A DNA stretch of 64,000 bases, taken from Candidatus Eiseniibacteriota bacterium. Lineage in GTDB: Bacteria > Eisenbacteria > RBG-16-71-46 > CAIMUX01 > VGJL01. The notes beneath the pieces are model-generated. The model did not search any database. It was not told the DNA's origin and saw nothing but the letters and a program-made list of their open reading frames with translations. Every line of letters begins with the position of its first letter. The first letter of the stretch is position 1. Below, one piece after another: positions 1 through 9,418 of this stretch. The stretch spans positions 544,001 to 608,000 of the forward strand of contig CAWBWI010000001.1 in assembly GCA_963792585.1 (NCBI GenBank), read 5' to 3'. The position numbers were made by a program, and so were the translations under genes.

Positions 1-422
1 TCGGGCAGCCCGCACTCCATGCAGAGCCCCACGCCCGTGAACGGGTGACGGAGGTACTTGCCGCGCGCGCTCTGCTTCGAGGCGCCGGTCTCGTCCTTCT
101 CGTATTCGAGGAGCTTGCCGACGTCGGCCAGGATCGCTCCCGCGATCAAGACGTCCATGTCAACGGGCAGCGCGGCGCCGAAGGCGGCGTTCATCTTCTC
201 GCCCGAGGCGCGCGCGATGTGGACGACGAGCCGCTTGTGCGCCATGAAAGTCACCGTGCAATCGGGGACCAAGAGAGTGAACGGGATCCGCTCGAGATCC
301 GCCGGCGTGAGCGGGGAGTTCTCGAAGGCCTTCACCCAGCAGTTCAGGACCCTCTCCCGGAGCGCGCTGTCGGCGATCCACTCCAACTCGGGCCAGAGCT
401 TCTTCACATCGTCTCGGAGCAT
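1..422 (-). CDS. HD-domain (HDIG-like) protein, 3' end outside window
   Basis: Manual translation from ATG at 422 (GGGAGG RBS upstream): MLRDDVKKLWPELEWI...FMAHKR...GAILADVGKLLEYE...YLRHPFTG; HD-superfamily motif order; not in ORF track because it runs off the edge. Confidence 0.75.
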   Translation of the reverse strand, partial: MLRDDVKKLWPELEWIADSALRERVLNCWVKAFENSPLTPADLERIPFTLLVPDCTVTFMAHKRLVVHIARASGEKMNAAFGAALPVDMDVLIAGAILADVGKLLEYEKDETGASKQSARGKYLRHPFTGVGLCMECGLP

Positions 423-558
423 CGTTCCTCCCATCCTCCCGGCGTCTCGAGGGGTCCTGCGGGGCCAATCCGGCGAGCCAAGGGCGTCGCCTTCCCCGGA
501 AGGGTGGCACAGGGTGGGTCGCACATTCAACCGCCCGCGACGTGGTATAGTCTTTCCC

Positions 559-1203
559 ATGTCGACCGCCAGGCAGACGATCGTCCCGCTCCGCCCCACC
601 CGCTCCCTGCGCTTCCGGCTGTCGATCAATCATGCTTATGCGGGGCTCCTGTTGCTGATCGCGGGGATCGGCGCCCTGCCGGAAGAGGCCCGGCACGTGC
701 TTCCATGGGCCGAGATTCTTGTGGGCGTGGCCGTGCTGACCGCGATCATCATCGAGCTCAGGAAGCCGGAGTTTACAGGGCAGGGGGAACACGAGGAACA
801 CGAGAAGATCCGGTGGGTCGAAGTCATGGCCGGGCTCATGCTGATCGTCGAGGGGTTCCATGTCCGCCATCCGGGGCGTTGGTTCCAGCCGGCGCTCTTC
901 TACTGGATCGGCGGCTTGATCTCGCTGGCGATCGGAATCGGGCTCATTCCCGTCTCCCGGACCCGGAGGATGATCATCGACGGTGAGCGATTCTCGATCC
1001 GGACGTCTCTATTCCGGCGCCGGGAACTCGCATGGAGCGAGATCGCTTCCTATGCGTTCGTGCCAAGGGGTCTGCAGGTCACGACGTCCGCGGGGCGGCA
1101 GCACACGATGCGGCTGAGGAGTGTCGCGAACCGCGACGAGGTGGAGCGGATCTTCGCGGAGCACGCGGCGCGGTACGTGCGCAAGACGGCGAAGAAGCTA
1201 TAG
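559..1203 (+). CDS. Membrane protein with C-terminal PH-like domain
   Basis: About 4 hydrophobic segments then RRELAWSEIASY...RDEVERIF; start chosen at ATG 559 after TGnTATAGT. Confidence 0.6.
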   Translation: MSTARQTIVPLRPTRSLRFRLSINHAYAGLLLLIAGIGALPEEARHVLPWAEILVGVAVLTAIIIELRKPEFTGQGEHEEHEKIRWVEVMAGLMLIVEGFHVRHPGRWFQPALFYWIGGLISLAIGIGLIPVSRTRRMIIDGERFSIRTSLFRRRELAWSEIASYAFVPRGLQVTTSAGRQHTMRLRSVANRDEVERIFAEHAARYVRKTAKKL

Positions 1204-1223
1204 AAGACGCCCCACCCCGGGCT

Positions 1224-2147
1224 CTATTCGACTCTGGCGCCGATGCCGCGTGCCGAGCCGTCCGGGCTCTGCCGCAGGGGCGATTCGGGTCGGAGCCGGA
1301 AGTCCATCCCTTCGAGGTCGCGGAATCCGGGATCCACGGAGACGTTGCCGTCGACGCCAGGCCTGAATCCGATGCAGGCGTTGCCATCACCACCGAAGTT
1401 CCCGTAGACATCGCATTGCGTCACCGATTTCGAGCATGGGTACCCACACTGGAAGGTCGCGCTCTGTCGGTGAAAGGCGATAATCGATCGGGTGACGAAT
1501 GTCCCGGACAGCCCCCCAGCGAATGCGCTCCCCTCAGGCGCGACGTTGCCGACGATTGTGCAATTCTCGACCGCCGCATTTGCGCAACAGCAGAGCGCAA
1601 ACCCGCCGCCGGACTTCCCGGCCTCGTTGCCGGCGATGATGCAATGGGAGAAGGTTGGTCGATCCGTTAGTTCGCAATGGACGCCGCCGCCCTGCTCGTC
1701 CGCCCGATTCCCGCGGAGCACGCAGTTGGTGATGGTCGGGCTGGAGTGCGGCCCGCACTCGATCGCCCCGCCGGTCTCCGCCCGCCCATTCGTGATGCTC
1801 ACGCCTTCTAGCCGGGGGGTACCCATGCGGAACCCACTTGAGAGCGGGCTCACCTCGAAGAGGAACCCTCTGCCCAGCGTCCCGCAGTCGATGATGCAGG
1901 AGTCGGGGTTTCCGGAGATGGAACGGATCGTCAGAGACAACGGGCCGACACGGATGTCGCGATTGCCTTCACCGGTGTAGGTCCCGTTCGCGAGGAGAAT
2001 GGTGTCTCCGGCGGATGCGGCCGCGACAGCCCGTTGGATGGATGGAACGTCACCGTCGCCACCTGGATGGACTCGGACAACCCGCGCGGACGAGGGAAGG
2101 GCATCAACGAGCAGCAAAGACAAACCGACAAGCGCGGCCAAGCGCAT
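1224..2147 (-). CDS. Secreted right-handed parallel beta-helix repeat protein
   Basis: Signal peptide, SIQRAVAAASAGDTILLANGTY, repeated GGAI/NCVLRGN/GGG motifs, GNVSVDPGF...DFRLRPESP C-terminus. Confidence 0.8.
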   Translation of the reverse strand: MRLAALVGLSLLLVDALPSSARVVRVHPGGDGDVPSIQRAVAAASAGDTILLANGTYTGEGNRDIRVGPLSLTIRSISGNPDSCIIDCGTLGRGFLFEVSPLSSGFRMGTPRLEGVSITNGRAETGGAIECGPHSSPTITNCVLRGNRADEQGGGVHCELTDRPTFSHCIIAGNEAGKSGGGFALCCCANAAVENCTIVGNVAPEGSAFAGGLSGTFVTRSIIAFHRQSATFQCGYPCSKSVTQCDVYGNFGGDGNACIGFRPGVDGNVSVDPGFRDLEGMDFRLRPESPLRQSPDGSARGIGARVE

Positions 2148-2334
2148 TCGCAACCTCCGGCAATCTGGAGCGGCTTCGGGGCTAAGAACGATTTGCAGAC
2201 CCGTGAGTTCCCGAGTATCGCCGGGAAACGATAGCATCCGCTCCTGTTCCCTGCCTGCTACAATCGATTGCGGTAACCGGGTGGGTTAGCTGGCGACCGT
2301 TCCCTATCGCATGCCGGGAAGGAGACCACCTCTC

Positions 2335-3078
2335 ATGCGAATCGTGCTTCTCCCCACCGCGATGGGCCTGCTTTTCTTGGGCGCATCGATCGTCCAGTCG
2401 GAACCGACGCTGTTCAAGCTCGGCCCAGGTGGTGTACCCCTGCCGCCCAATCGCGATGTCTGCTGGAGCGAACCGCCGGATCTAGAGGGGATTCTGGCCT
2501 CGTCTGAGGTCATCGGCGAGCATGGTCTCGAAACTCAGGCGGCAAATGACTTTGTCTTCGAAGTAGACCGGACGATTCAGAGGGTTCGGTGGTGGGGCGG
2601 CTATTACTCCAACATCGTGGCATGTGATCCGGGGATGGTCGCGCCGGGGTTTCATCTTCGGTTCTACACTTACGAAAGGGAACCTTGTCGACCGGATGAG
2701 CCCGGCGACGATCCGTACACCGAGTATTTCGTGCAAGGCCCTGCAGGTGAAACACTGGTTGGTTGCATCGGGGACGTGTACCCACTGTACCGATACGAGA
2801 CCGACGTAGTCCTCCCAATCGCGGGAGGTGTCCGATACTGGTTCAGTGCCCAGATGGCGAACCATGACTACCCGCCACAATGGGGCCGTCTTGCCGCCGG
2901 CACGATCACGGGATGCGAGTCCGTGGTCGGTCCGAACGGGTGGCTCGAACAGCCTTGGTGGCAGCACCCCTCGGAGGTGTTTGGATTCCCCGTCGACTTC
3001 AGCCAGGAGTTTGAGTGCGACACGCCCGTCCCGGTGCAACAGACCTCCTGGGGAAAGGTCCGCGCGCTGTACCGGTAG
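2335..3078 (+). CDS. Secreted Cys-rich protein with C-terminal SWGKVRALYR tail (paralog 1)
   Basis: GGAAGGAG RBS, signal peptide, clear similarity to 7055 and 7896 (VCWSEP.DL.G, ANDF, WWGGY, SQEFEC). Confidence 0.85.
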   Translation: MRIVLLPTAMGLLFLGASIVQSEPTLFKLGPGGVPLPPNRDVCWSEPPDLEGILASSEVIGEHGLETQAANDFVFEVDRTIQRVRWWGGYYSNIVACDPGMVAPGFHLRFYTYEREPCRPDEPGDDPYTEYFVQGPAGETLVGCIGDVYPLYRYETDVVLPIAGGVRYWFSAQMANHDYPPQWGRLAAGTITGCESVVGPNGWLEQPWWQHPSEVFGFPVDFSQEFECDTPVPVQQTSWGKVRALYR

Positions 3079-3109
3079 CTGTCCGTCCGAGCCTGCCCCC
3101 GTCCGACCC

Positions 3110-4777
3110 CTACATCCCCACGATCGGCGGCAGGCAGAGGCACGTCTGCCGCAGCTTCACGTCCGCATGCGACCAAGCCTTCGCGAAGCGCTTCTCCACG
3201 TCCCGCTTCTCCATCTCCGCGCCCCTCCGCTCCAGACACCGCGCCAGCCCGAAGAGCGACCACCCGTTTTCCGGGTTCTTGCGCAGGTCCGCGCGGTAGA
3301 CCGCCTCCGCCTCATCGATTCGGCCGGAAGCCAGCAGGACCCCGCCCAGGGTGTGACGTACCGGTTGGATCCAGTCAGGCGCTTCGTTGTACCGGATGGC
3401 GTCCTCCAGTTCTACGGCCCGACGCAGCTCCACGACGGCGGTATCGATGTCGCCGGCCTGGAAGGCAATCTCTCCGGCCATCATATGCCGCGCGATGTCC
3501 AGGATATGACGCGCGGAGTTGTTACCGACGATCATCTCTTCGGTCACCTTTCCTGAGGCATCCTCGAAGAGCGCCTGCTCCGCCCGCGCCTCGGTCAGCC
3601 GATCGGTCGCGGCATATGCCACTGCGCGTGCGAAGTGCCGGTGCGCCGCCGTGATGGGCAGGTACGGTGGGGGAGGCGGCTCCCGCAGGATCTCCTCCCA
3701 TCGGCCGAAGCGCATCAGCGCCTCGATGGCGATCGTCATGTATCCGTCCGCGACAAAGGCTGCTTGTTCGATGAACTCTGGCGGCATACCGCTGATCATC
3801 GCGCGCGCGGATTCGATCGCGATCCGGCTGTCACCCTGCATCATCCCGGCCCAGGACAGGAAGTGATGGTTGTGGGCCATGTAGATCCGATAGAACCCCT
3901 GGTCGGGCCAGTTCCGGCGGTACTCCTCGTCAGCCCGTACGGCGCGCATGTTCGCCTGGGCGGCGTCTTCCCAGCGGCCGACCCGCGAATAGATGTGGGC
4001 GGGCATATGGACGAGATGCCCGGTCCCGGTCACCGTCTTCCGAAGCCGGTCGGCGGCGTCGAGCGCGCGTTCGGGATGGGGAGATGCCTCGACGGTGTGG
4101 ATATACAGGTGGTTGGCGCCCGGATGGCTTGGATCGAGTTCGAGCACCGCCTCGAGCGTCGCGAGGACTTCCTCAGTTCCCGGCTGCGGCTGTCCGTCGT
4201 GCGTCCAGAGATCCCATGGCCGCAGGTCCATCATCGACTCCGCGAAGAGATTCCCGACGTCTGCGTCCTCCATGTGGGTTTGCCATACCCGCCGCATCGC
4301 ATCCGCATACGCCTGATCGAGCGACCTCCGGTCCTCGGGAGGCGGGTCGGCATAGCGCGCTGCGAGGGCTTCGATCAACGCCCTCTCCACCTCGGAAGCC
4401 CCCGAGGCAAGGGCGCGGGCCTGCGTGAGCGCTTCCCACGCCTCCGTGGAGCGATCGGGATCCATGCTCGGGTTGTTGATGTGGGGTCCATTCGCGCAGG
4501 CGATTCCCCACCAGGCCATGGCGCAGTCGGGATCGTAGACCAGGGCCTGCCGGAACGACCGGATCGCCTCGTCATGGTTGAACGCATAGATGAAGATCAG
4601 GCCCTGATCGAAATAGCGTTGGGCTTCCTTGGAGACGGTGGTCACCGCGCGATGGTGCTTCCCGAGTCCCCTGAAAAGGGGCACTTCCGGCTTGACGCTT
4701 CCGCCGATCGCGGAGGCGGCCGGGAACAGGATGGCGGCGAGAACGAAGGCGATGCCGATTCGAACCTTGATGCGCAT
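3110..4777 (-). CDS. Secreted TPR-repeat protein
   Basis: Signal peptide at MRIKVRIG; AQRYFDQGL...FNHDEAIRSF, HPGANHLYIH, GHLVHMPAHIY, NPENGWSLFGL motifs of a widespread TPR family. Confidence 0.85.
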   Translation of the reverse strand: MRIKVRIGIAFVLAAILFPAASAIGGSVKPEVPLFRGLGKHHRAVTTVSKEAQRYFDQGLIFIYAFNHDEAIRSFRQALVYDPDCAMAWWGIACANGPHINNPSMDPDRSTEAWEALTQARALASGASEVERALIEALAARYADPPPEDRRSLDQAYADAMRRVWQTHMEDADVGNLFAESMMDLRPWDLWTHDGQPQPGTEEVLATLEAVLELDPSHPGANHLYIHTVEASPHPERALDAADRLRKTVTGTGHLVHMPAHIYSRVGRWEDAAQANMRAVRADEEYRRNWPDQGFYRIYMAHNHHFLSWAGMMQGDSRIAIESARAMISGMPPEFIEQAAFVADGYMTIAIEALMRFGRWEEILREPPPPPYLPITAAHRHFARAVAYAATDRLTEARAEQALFEDASGKVTEEMIVGNNSARHILDIARHMMAGEIAFQAGDIDTAVVELRRAVELEDAIRYNEAPDWIQPVRHTLGGVLLASGRIDEAEAVYRADLRKNPENGWSLFGLARCLERRGAEMEKRDVEKRFAKAWSHADVKLRQTCLCLPPIVGM

Positions 4778-5025
4778 GGTCGGTTTCTCCACGTGCGGCC
4801 AGTGTCCTTCCTGAAGAGCGAAACGGGGGAAGATATCACCGAAGTTGACGAGGTTCAACGGGTGGATGGAGGACCTCCGCCTCGACGGATCTCCCCCTCG
4901 ACAGATCCCCGCAGAGCCGCCCTGCCCCGTCCGATTCCCTGGCCCGGTGGGACCCAGTGAGGTAGAATTACCCCGGTTCCAATTCGCCTCTGCAGAGGTC
5001 CTCATCGTGACGACCGGAGGATTGT

Positions 5026-6996
5026 TTGAAAGCGTTCCGCCGCGCGCTCCCCGCGACCGTCCTGAGTCTCCTGCTTCTCGCTACATGTTCGAACGATGAC
5101 AACCCAGCCGGTCCATCCGATGGCGTGATGCGGCTCCACGGGACCGTCGTATCGTCGGACGGACCCCTGAGCGGTCTCACCGTCAAGGTGGATAGCCGGG
5201 ACGGGAGTTTGCGGACATGGTTGCTGACGGACCCACAGGGCGCGTACGAGGCCTTCCTTCCGACCGGGCGTTACGTTCTCTCACTGAATTCCGGCCAGGG
5301 CGGCACCGTCTGGTACGCGTCGACAGGTCTATCCTATCGATCGAACAACGCCGAGACTGTCGTGGTCACTGCGGGCCAGAGCGATCTGCGCGCCGATTTT
5401 CGGTTGGGGCATCTCCGGCTCACCCTTCGAACCCCATTCCACGAAGACCACACCTACAGCTCTTGCTCCTTCTATGACGACGTGGGTGGTCTGGAAGTTG
5501 GCCGTGATGATGGGCAAGCGATGGACAGCCTCGTTGTCTTCGATCTTCCGGCCATGGTCCCCGGTCGATACTTCCTGCGCATCGAGATGCAGCAGCGGTA
5601 CTTCTGGTTCCCGCACACGCTGGATTCGGGCAACGCTGAAGCGATCGAGGTGGGCGCCCTTCAGACCTCAACCCAGAGCGACACGCTCGGCGAGCCGGCC
5701 CACGTGAAGGGCGTCGTTGTGGGGCCCTGGATGGACTTTGCAGACCACAGCATCAGAATTGGACTTCTCGCTCCCGACATGCACGACATTGCGATGGCCT
5801 ACCTCGAGGACGACGGCCGGTTCGACATTCCGGTCTTGGCGGAGGGCTCCGTTCGCCTTGTGGTCGACCAGGGCTCGGTGATGATCTGGCTCGGGGGCAC
5901 TGGATTCGCGGATGCCGATCCGCTCCCGGTGACCGCCGGCGCCGTGGTCGATGTCGGCTCGATTCAAACCCACGGCATCGTCTGCCGACTCGTGGGCGAT
6001 CCGCAGTGGCGGATGGACTCCTGGCGGTGCCTGCTCGTGGGCCCGGATCGGCGCGAATTCGTCAACGTGCGCAGGGCCGCAACGGAGGGACTCGGGATCA
6101 TCCCGCTGGAGGCGCCAGGATCGTACCGACTGGAGGCAACCGGGTATGGATCATCGGACTGGAGGCCGCAGTGGTACGACCGGGCGACGTCCGAGTCCAC
6201 GGCGACGGAGATCGTCGTCGATGATGCCGTGGCGCCCGCCGCAATCGATCTCCAGCTGGAGCGCGGCGGATCGATCTCCGGTCGCGTGGTCCTCGAGGAT
6301 GGCTCTCCTGTCACGAACGCGCTGATGCTCGCGCAACTCGAGACATTCTCTGACAACGCACGATGGCAAACGGATGCCGAGGGCGCATTCCGGCTGAGGG
6401 GACTCCCCGATGGGCCGATCCGATTTGCGGTTGTCTACGAAGGGGAGCGCGTCTGGTATCCCGGAACCCTGACCGAAGCGGAGGCCGAGCCGATCGAGAT
6501 CGTCGATGCGGACGACCGGTCCGGCTTCGAACTCGTCGTTCCCCCCCTCGAAACGCCTGCGTTCCTCTATGTCGGCGTCAATGCGTGCAAGCCCTGCCAC
6601 ATGGGGGAAGCGAAGGGACGGATCTGGGAGACGTGGCAGGCGACCGCGCACGCCAGCGCCTATGACGACCTGGATCACGACCATCGGGAGAATCCGAGCT
6701 GCCTCGGGTGCCACACGACCGGCTATGGCGACAGTATCGCCCCCGGCCGGGACTGGTCGGACCTTCTCGCGGTCCAGTGCGAGGCCTGCCACGGCCCTGG
6801 CAGCGAGTACAAGTCTCTGAGTGTCATGAAAGTCCCGGAACGGGCACAGGAGTTGGGCCTCATCCGTCCCAACGAGGGCACCTGCCTGCCGTGCCACACC
6901 TCGACCCTGCCTCGGGACTGCTGGGGCGCCAGCAATGAGCATCCCGTCTTCGATTATGTCCAGGCGCTGTCCGCGATCGCGCACAACATGCCTTGA
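5026..6996 (+). CDS. Lipoprotein with carboxypeptidase-regulatory-like beta-sandwich repeats and C-terminal tetraheme c554-like cytochrome domain
   Basis: TTG start, lipobox LLATC; four CxxCH (CKPCH, CLGCH, CEACH, CLPCH); YVG..ACKPCH and VQCEACHGPGSEY. Confidence 0.8.
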   Translation: MKAFRRALPATVLSLLLLATCSNDDNPAGPSDGVMRLHGTVVSSDGPLSGLTVKVDSRDGSLRTWLLTDPQGAYEAFLPTGRYVLSLNSGQGGTVWYASTGLSYRSNNAETVVVTAGQSDLRADFRLGHLRLTLRTPFHEDHTYSSCSFYDDVGGLEVGRDDGQAMDSLVVFDLPAMVPGRYFLRIEMQQRYFWFPHTLDSGNAEAIEVGALQTSTQSDTLGEPAHVKGVVVGPWMDFADHSIRIGLLAPDMHDIAMAYLEDDGRFDIPVLAEGSVRLVVDQGSVMIWLGGTGFADADPLPVTAGAVVDVGSIQTHGIVCRLVGDPQWRMDSWRCLLVGPDRREFVNVRRAATEGLGIIPLEAPGSYRLEATGYGSSDWRPQWYDRATSESTATEIVVDDAVAPAAIDLQLERGGSISGRVVLEDGSPVTNALMLAQLETFSDNARWQTDAEGAFRLRGLPDGPIRFAVVYEGERVWYPGTLTEAEAEPIEIVDADDRSGFELVVPPLETPAFLYVGVNACKPCHMGEAKGRIWETWQATAHASAYDDLDHDHRENPSCLGCHTTGYGDSIAPGRDWSDLLAVQCEACHGPGSEYKSLSVMKVPERAQELGLIRPNEGTCLPCHTSTLPRDCWGASNEHPVFDYVQALSAIAHNMP

Positions 6997-7054
6997 GGCG
7001 CGCGTCAGGGTCGCGTCTGGGCGCAGGAGATCGCCGAAACGGAGTTACGTCGAC

Positions 7055-7774
7055 ATGAGACCGTTTCTCGTAGCAATGATTGCGGCGGGTGTCGCGCTTG
7101 CTGCACCTGTCCTTGCGGCCAACCCGACCCTCACGGCCGGGGGCGGCGGCACGCCCAACCTCGTCGAGTCCGGCCGCAACGTCTGCTGGAGCGAGCCAGC
7201 GGATCTCAATGGTTTCATTGCGGGTTCGGAAGTGATCAGGACGCTTGGTCTCGAAAGCGAGGTTGCCAACGATTTCACGCTCACCCCCGACGCCACGATC
7301 ATCCTTGCCCGCTGGTGGGGTGGGTACATGAACACGAACGACTGCGACGACACACATGTTGCGCAGACCTGGAATCTCCGCTTCTACGAAGACACGGGTT
7401 GCGTACCGGGCAACGTCCTCGCCGAATACGTCGTTCCCGACTACGCTGGGGAAACATTCATCGCCTGTCAAGGTGGGTGGTACCCGATCTTCATGTACGA
7501 GGGGGCCGTTTCCTTCCCAGTGGCGGCCAACACCCGTTACTGGTTCAGCGCGCAAGCTGGGGATCACACATTCCCGCCCCAGGTCGGGCGTCTCGAGGCG
7601 GGCACCATCATCGATTGTCCCTCAGGGTTCAGGAGCGCCTACTTCTCTTTCCCGGATTGGGTATTTCACGACGATGTCATCTGGGAGGAGCACGACTTCA
7701 GCCAGGAGTTCGAGTGCGGCGAGACTCCGACCAAGGACGCGACGTGGGGCGCCGTCAAGGCGCTATATCGGTAG
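7055..7774 (+). CDS. Secreted Cys-rich protein with C-terminal TWGAVKALYR tail (paralog 2)
   Basis: Signal peptide MRPFLVAMIAAG...VLA; tandem paralog of 7896. Confidence 0.85.
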   Translation: MRPFLVAMIAAGVALAAPVLAANPTLTAGGGGTPNLVESGRNVCWSEPADLNGFIAGSEVIRTLGLESEVANDFTLTPDATIILARWWGGYMNTNDCDDTHVAQTWNLRFYEDTGCVPGNVLAEYVVPDYAGETFIACQGGWYPIFMYEGAVSFPVAANTRYWFSAQAGDHTFPPQVGRLEAGTIIDCPSGFRSAYFSFPDWVFHDDVIWEEHDFSQEFECGETPTKDATWGAVKALYR

Positions 7775-7895
7775 CCGCGTTCTGGTGGTACGCTCGTTCT
7801 CGCAGATTCCGTGGGTCATCGAATTGTGGATCGAACGTGAAAGTGCGCCGGTTGTCCGCGGCAATGATGGTGTCCGCGTTGAAGGGAGCGTCCCG

Positions 7896-8615
7896 ATGAT
7901 CAAACGACTCCTATTGGTGACAGCGACCCTCGTGAGTGTATCCAGTATGCCGACCCTCGCGGCGAACCCAACGAACTCGGCCGGGGGCGGCGGCACGCCC
8001 AACGTCGTCGAGTCCGGCCGCAACGTCTGCTGGAGCGAGCCGGCGGACCTCGAGGGGCTGATCGGTTCGTCGGAAGTGATCGGGCAGTTCGATCTCGAAA
8101 CGGAGATTGCGAACGACTTCGTCCTCAGCTCTGATGCAACCATCACTCTCGCTCGGTGGTGGGGTGGCTACTTCAACAACAACGGCTGCGGTGACGTCCA
8201 TGTCGCCCCGACATGGAATCTCGAGTTCTTCGACGACGGTGGCTGCACCCCCGTAAACGTCCTCGCGGAGTTCGTCATACCCGACTACGCGGGCGAGACA
8301 CTTGTCTACTGCCAGGCTGGCTACTACCCGATCTTCAAGTACGAGGGATCCATCTCTTTTCCGGCGACTGCCGACACCCGGTACTGGTTCGTCGCACAGG
8401 CAGGTGATCACCCCTTCCCGCCACAGGTCGGGCGTGTTGAAGCGGGCTTCATCACTGGATGCGACTCAGGGTTCCGGAGCATCTACTTCTCGTATCCGGA
8501 TTGGACCTTCATTGACGACGTCTTCGAGACGCATGACTGGAGCCAGGAGTTCGAGTGCGGCGAGACACCGACCAAGCATGCCACCTGGGGGGACATAAGG
8601 GCCCTATACCGATAG
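7896..8615 (+). CDS. Secreted Cys-rich protein with C-terminal TWGDIRALYR tail (paralog 3)
   Basis: AAGGGAG RBS, signal peptide MIKRLLLV...TLA; tandem paralog of 7055. Confidence 0.85.
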   Translation: MIKRLLLVTATLVSVSSMPTLAANPTNSAGGGGTPNVVESGRNVCWSEPADLEGLIGSSEVIGQFDLETEIANDFVLSSDATITLARWWGGYFNNNGCGDVHVAPTWNLEFFDDGGCTPVNVLAEFVIPDYAGETLVYCQAGYYPIFKYEGSISFPATADTRYWFVAQAGDHPFPPQVGRVEAGFITGCDSGFRSIYFSYPDWTFIDDVFETHDWSQEFECGETPTKHATWGDIRALYR

Positions 8616-8843
8616 ACGACGGGAATCCCCGTGAGCAAGAGGGAGACCGGTGCCACGAGGCTGAGTTAGGCGCCCCGTGGGGGAGCACCCCTTTCCCAGT
8701 CTCTACAGATCCCGTCCCGCCAACCCGGACGCCCCGGAAGCTCGAACGAGGATTTAGCCCTGGACCTCCGACACTGAAGCCGGGCACCAACCGGCCATGC
8801 CTCCGCCCGCCGCCCGACACGATCACCCCATCCCTTAAAACCC

Positions 8844-8889
8844 TTGCGCGAATATGTGCATATTGCTACGTTCATGCGCATACTATGCG
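8844..8889 (+). promoter_or_regulatory. Sigma70-like promoter of arg operon with candidate ArgR operator palindromes
   Basis: TTGCGC(8844)-17 bp-TACGTT(8867) with extended TG; palindromes AATATG-tg-CATATT (8851-8864) and CGCATA-c-TATGCG (8877-8889) in an AT-rich patch before argR. Confidence 0.6.
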
Positions 8890-8944
8890 GACACCCCCCG
8901 AAGGCACCGGGGGACACTTCCCAACCTATCAGGAGCGCAAGCAC

Positions 8945-9418
8945 ATGCCGAGCGGAACCGATCACTGGCGCGAGCGCCACGCAGCCATCGCGGAGATTCT
9001 CCGCGATGAGGTCATCCACAGCCAGAGCGAGTTGCTGCGCCAGTTGCGCAAGCGCAAGCACCGCGTGACCCAGCCCAGCATCTCCCGGGACCTCGCGGAA
9101 CTCGATGTCGTGAAGGTGGACGGCCGCTACGTTTTGCGGGAGTCGCTCGTTCCCCCCGAGCCGTCCCGTTCGGAGCTCGAGCAGGCGGCGGGTTTCGTGC
9201 GTTCGTTCGAACCGGCCGGTCCGAATCTGGTGGTCCTGAAGACGCCTCCGGGCGCGGCCTCCCAGGTGGCGATCGCGATCGATGGCGAGGGTTGGCAGGA
9301 GGTTGTCGGAACGATCGCCGGCGATGACACGGTCTTCATCGCCACGCGGGGACGCTCCCAGCAGGCCAGGCTCGAGACCCTTCTCAAGCAGGTCATGGGC
9401 GGAATCGTCCATGCTTGA
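8945..9418 (+). CDS. argR: Arginine repressor
   Basis: SQSELL, VTQPSISRDL, GTIAGDDT motifs. Confidence 0.95.
   Translation: MPSGTDHWRERHAAIAEILRDEVIHSQSELLRQLRKRKHRVTQPSISRDLAELDVVKVDGRYVLRESLVPPEPSRSELEQAAGFVRSFEPAGPNLVVLKTPPGAASQVAIAIDGEGWQEVVGTIAGDDTVFIATRGRSQQARLETLLKQVMGGIVHA

Noticed and set aside
2335..8615. Diversity-generating retroelement or CRISPR explanation for the repeats
   Set aside because: No reverse transcriptase or cas genes, repeats are coding paralogs, and no adenine-specific variation or repeat-spacer periodicity was seen.
8620..8830. Cobalamin, c-di-AMP or TPP riboswitch, or 6S RNA
   Set aside because: Only isolated partial words (e.g. ACTGGGAAAGG on the minus strand); conserved cores are absent.
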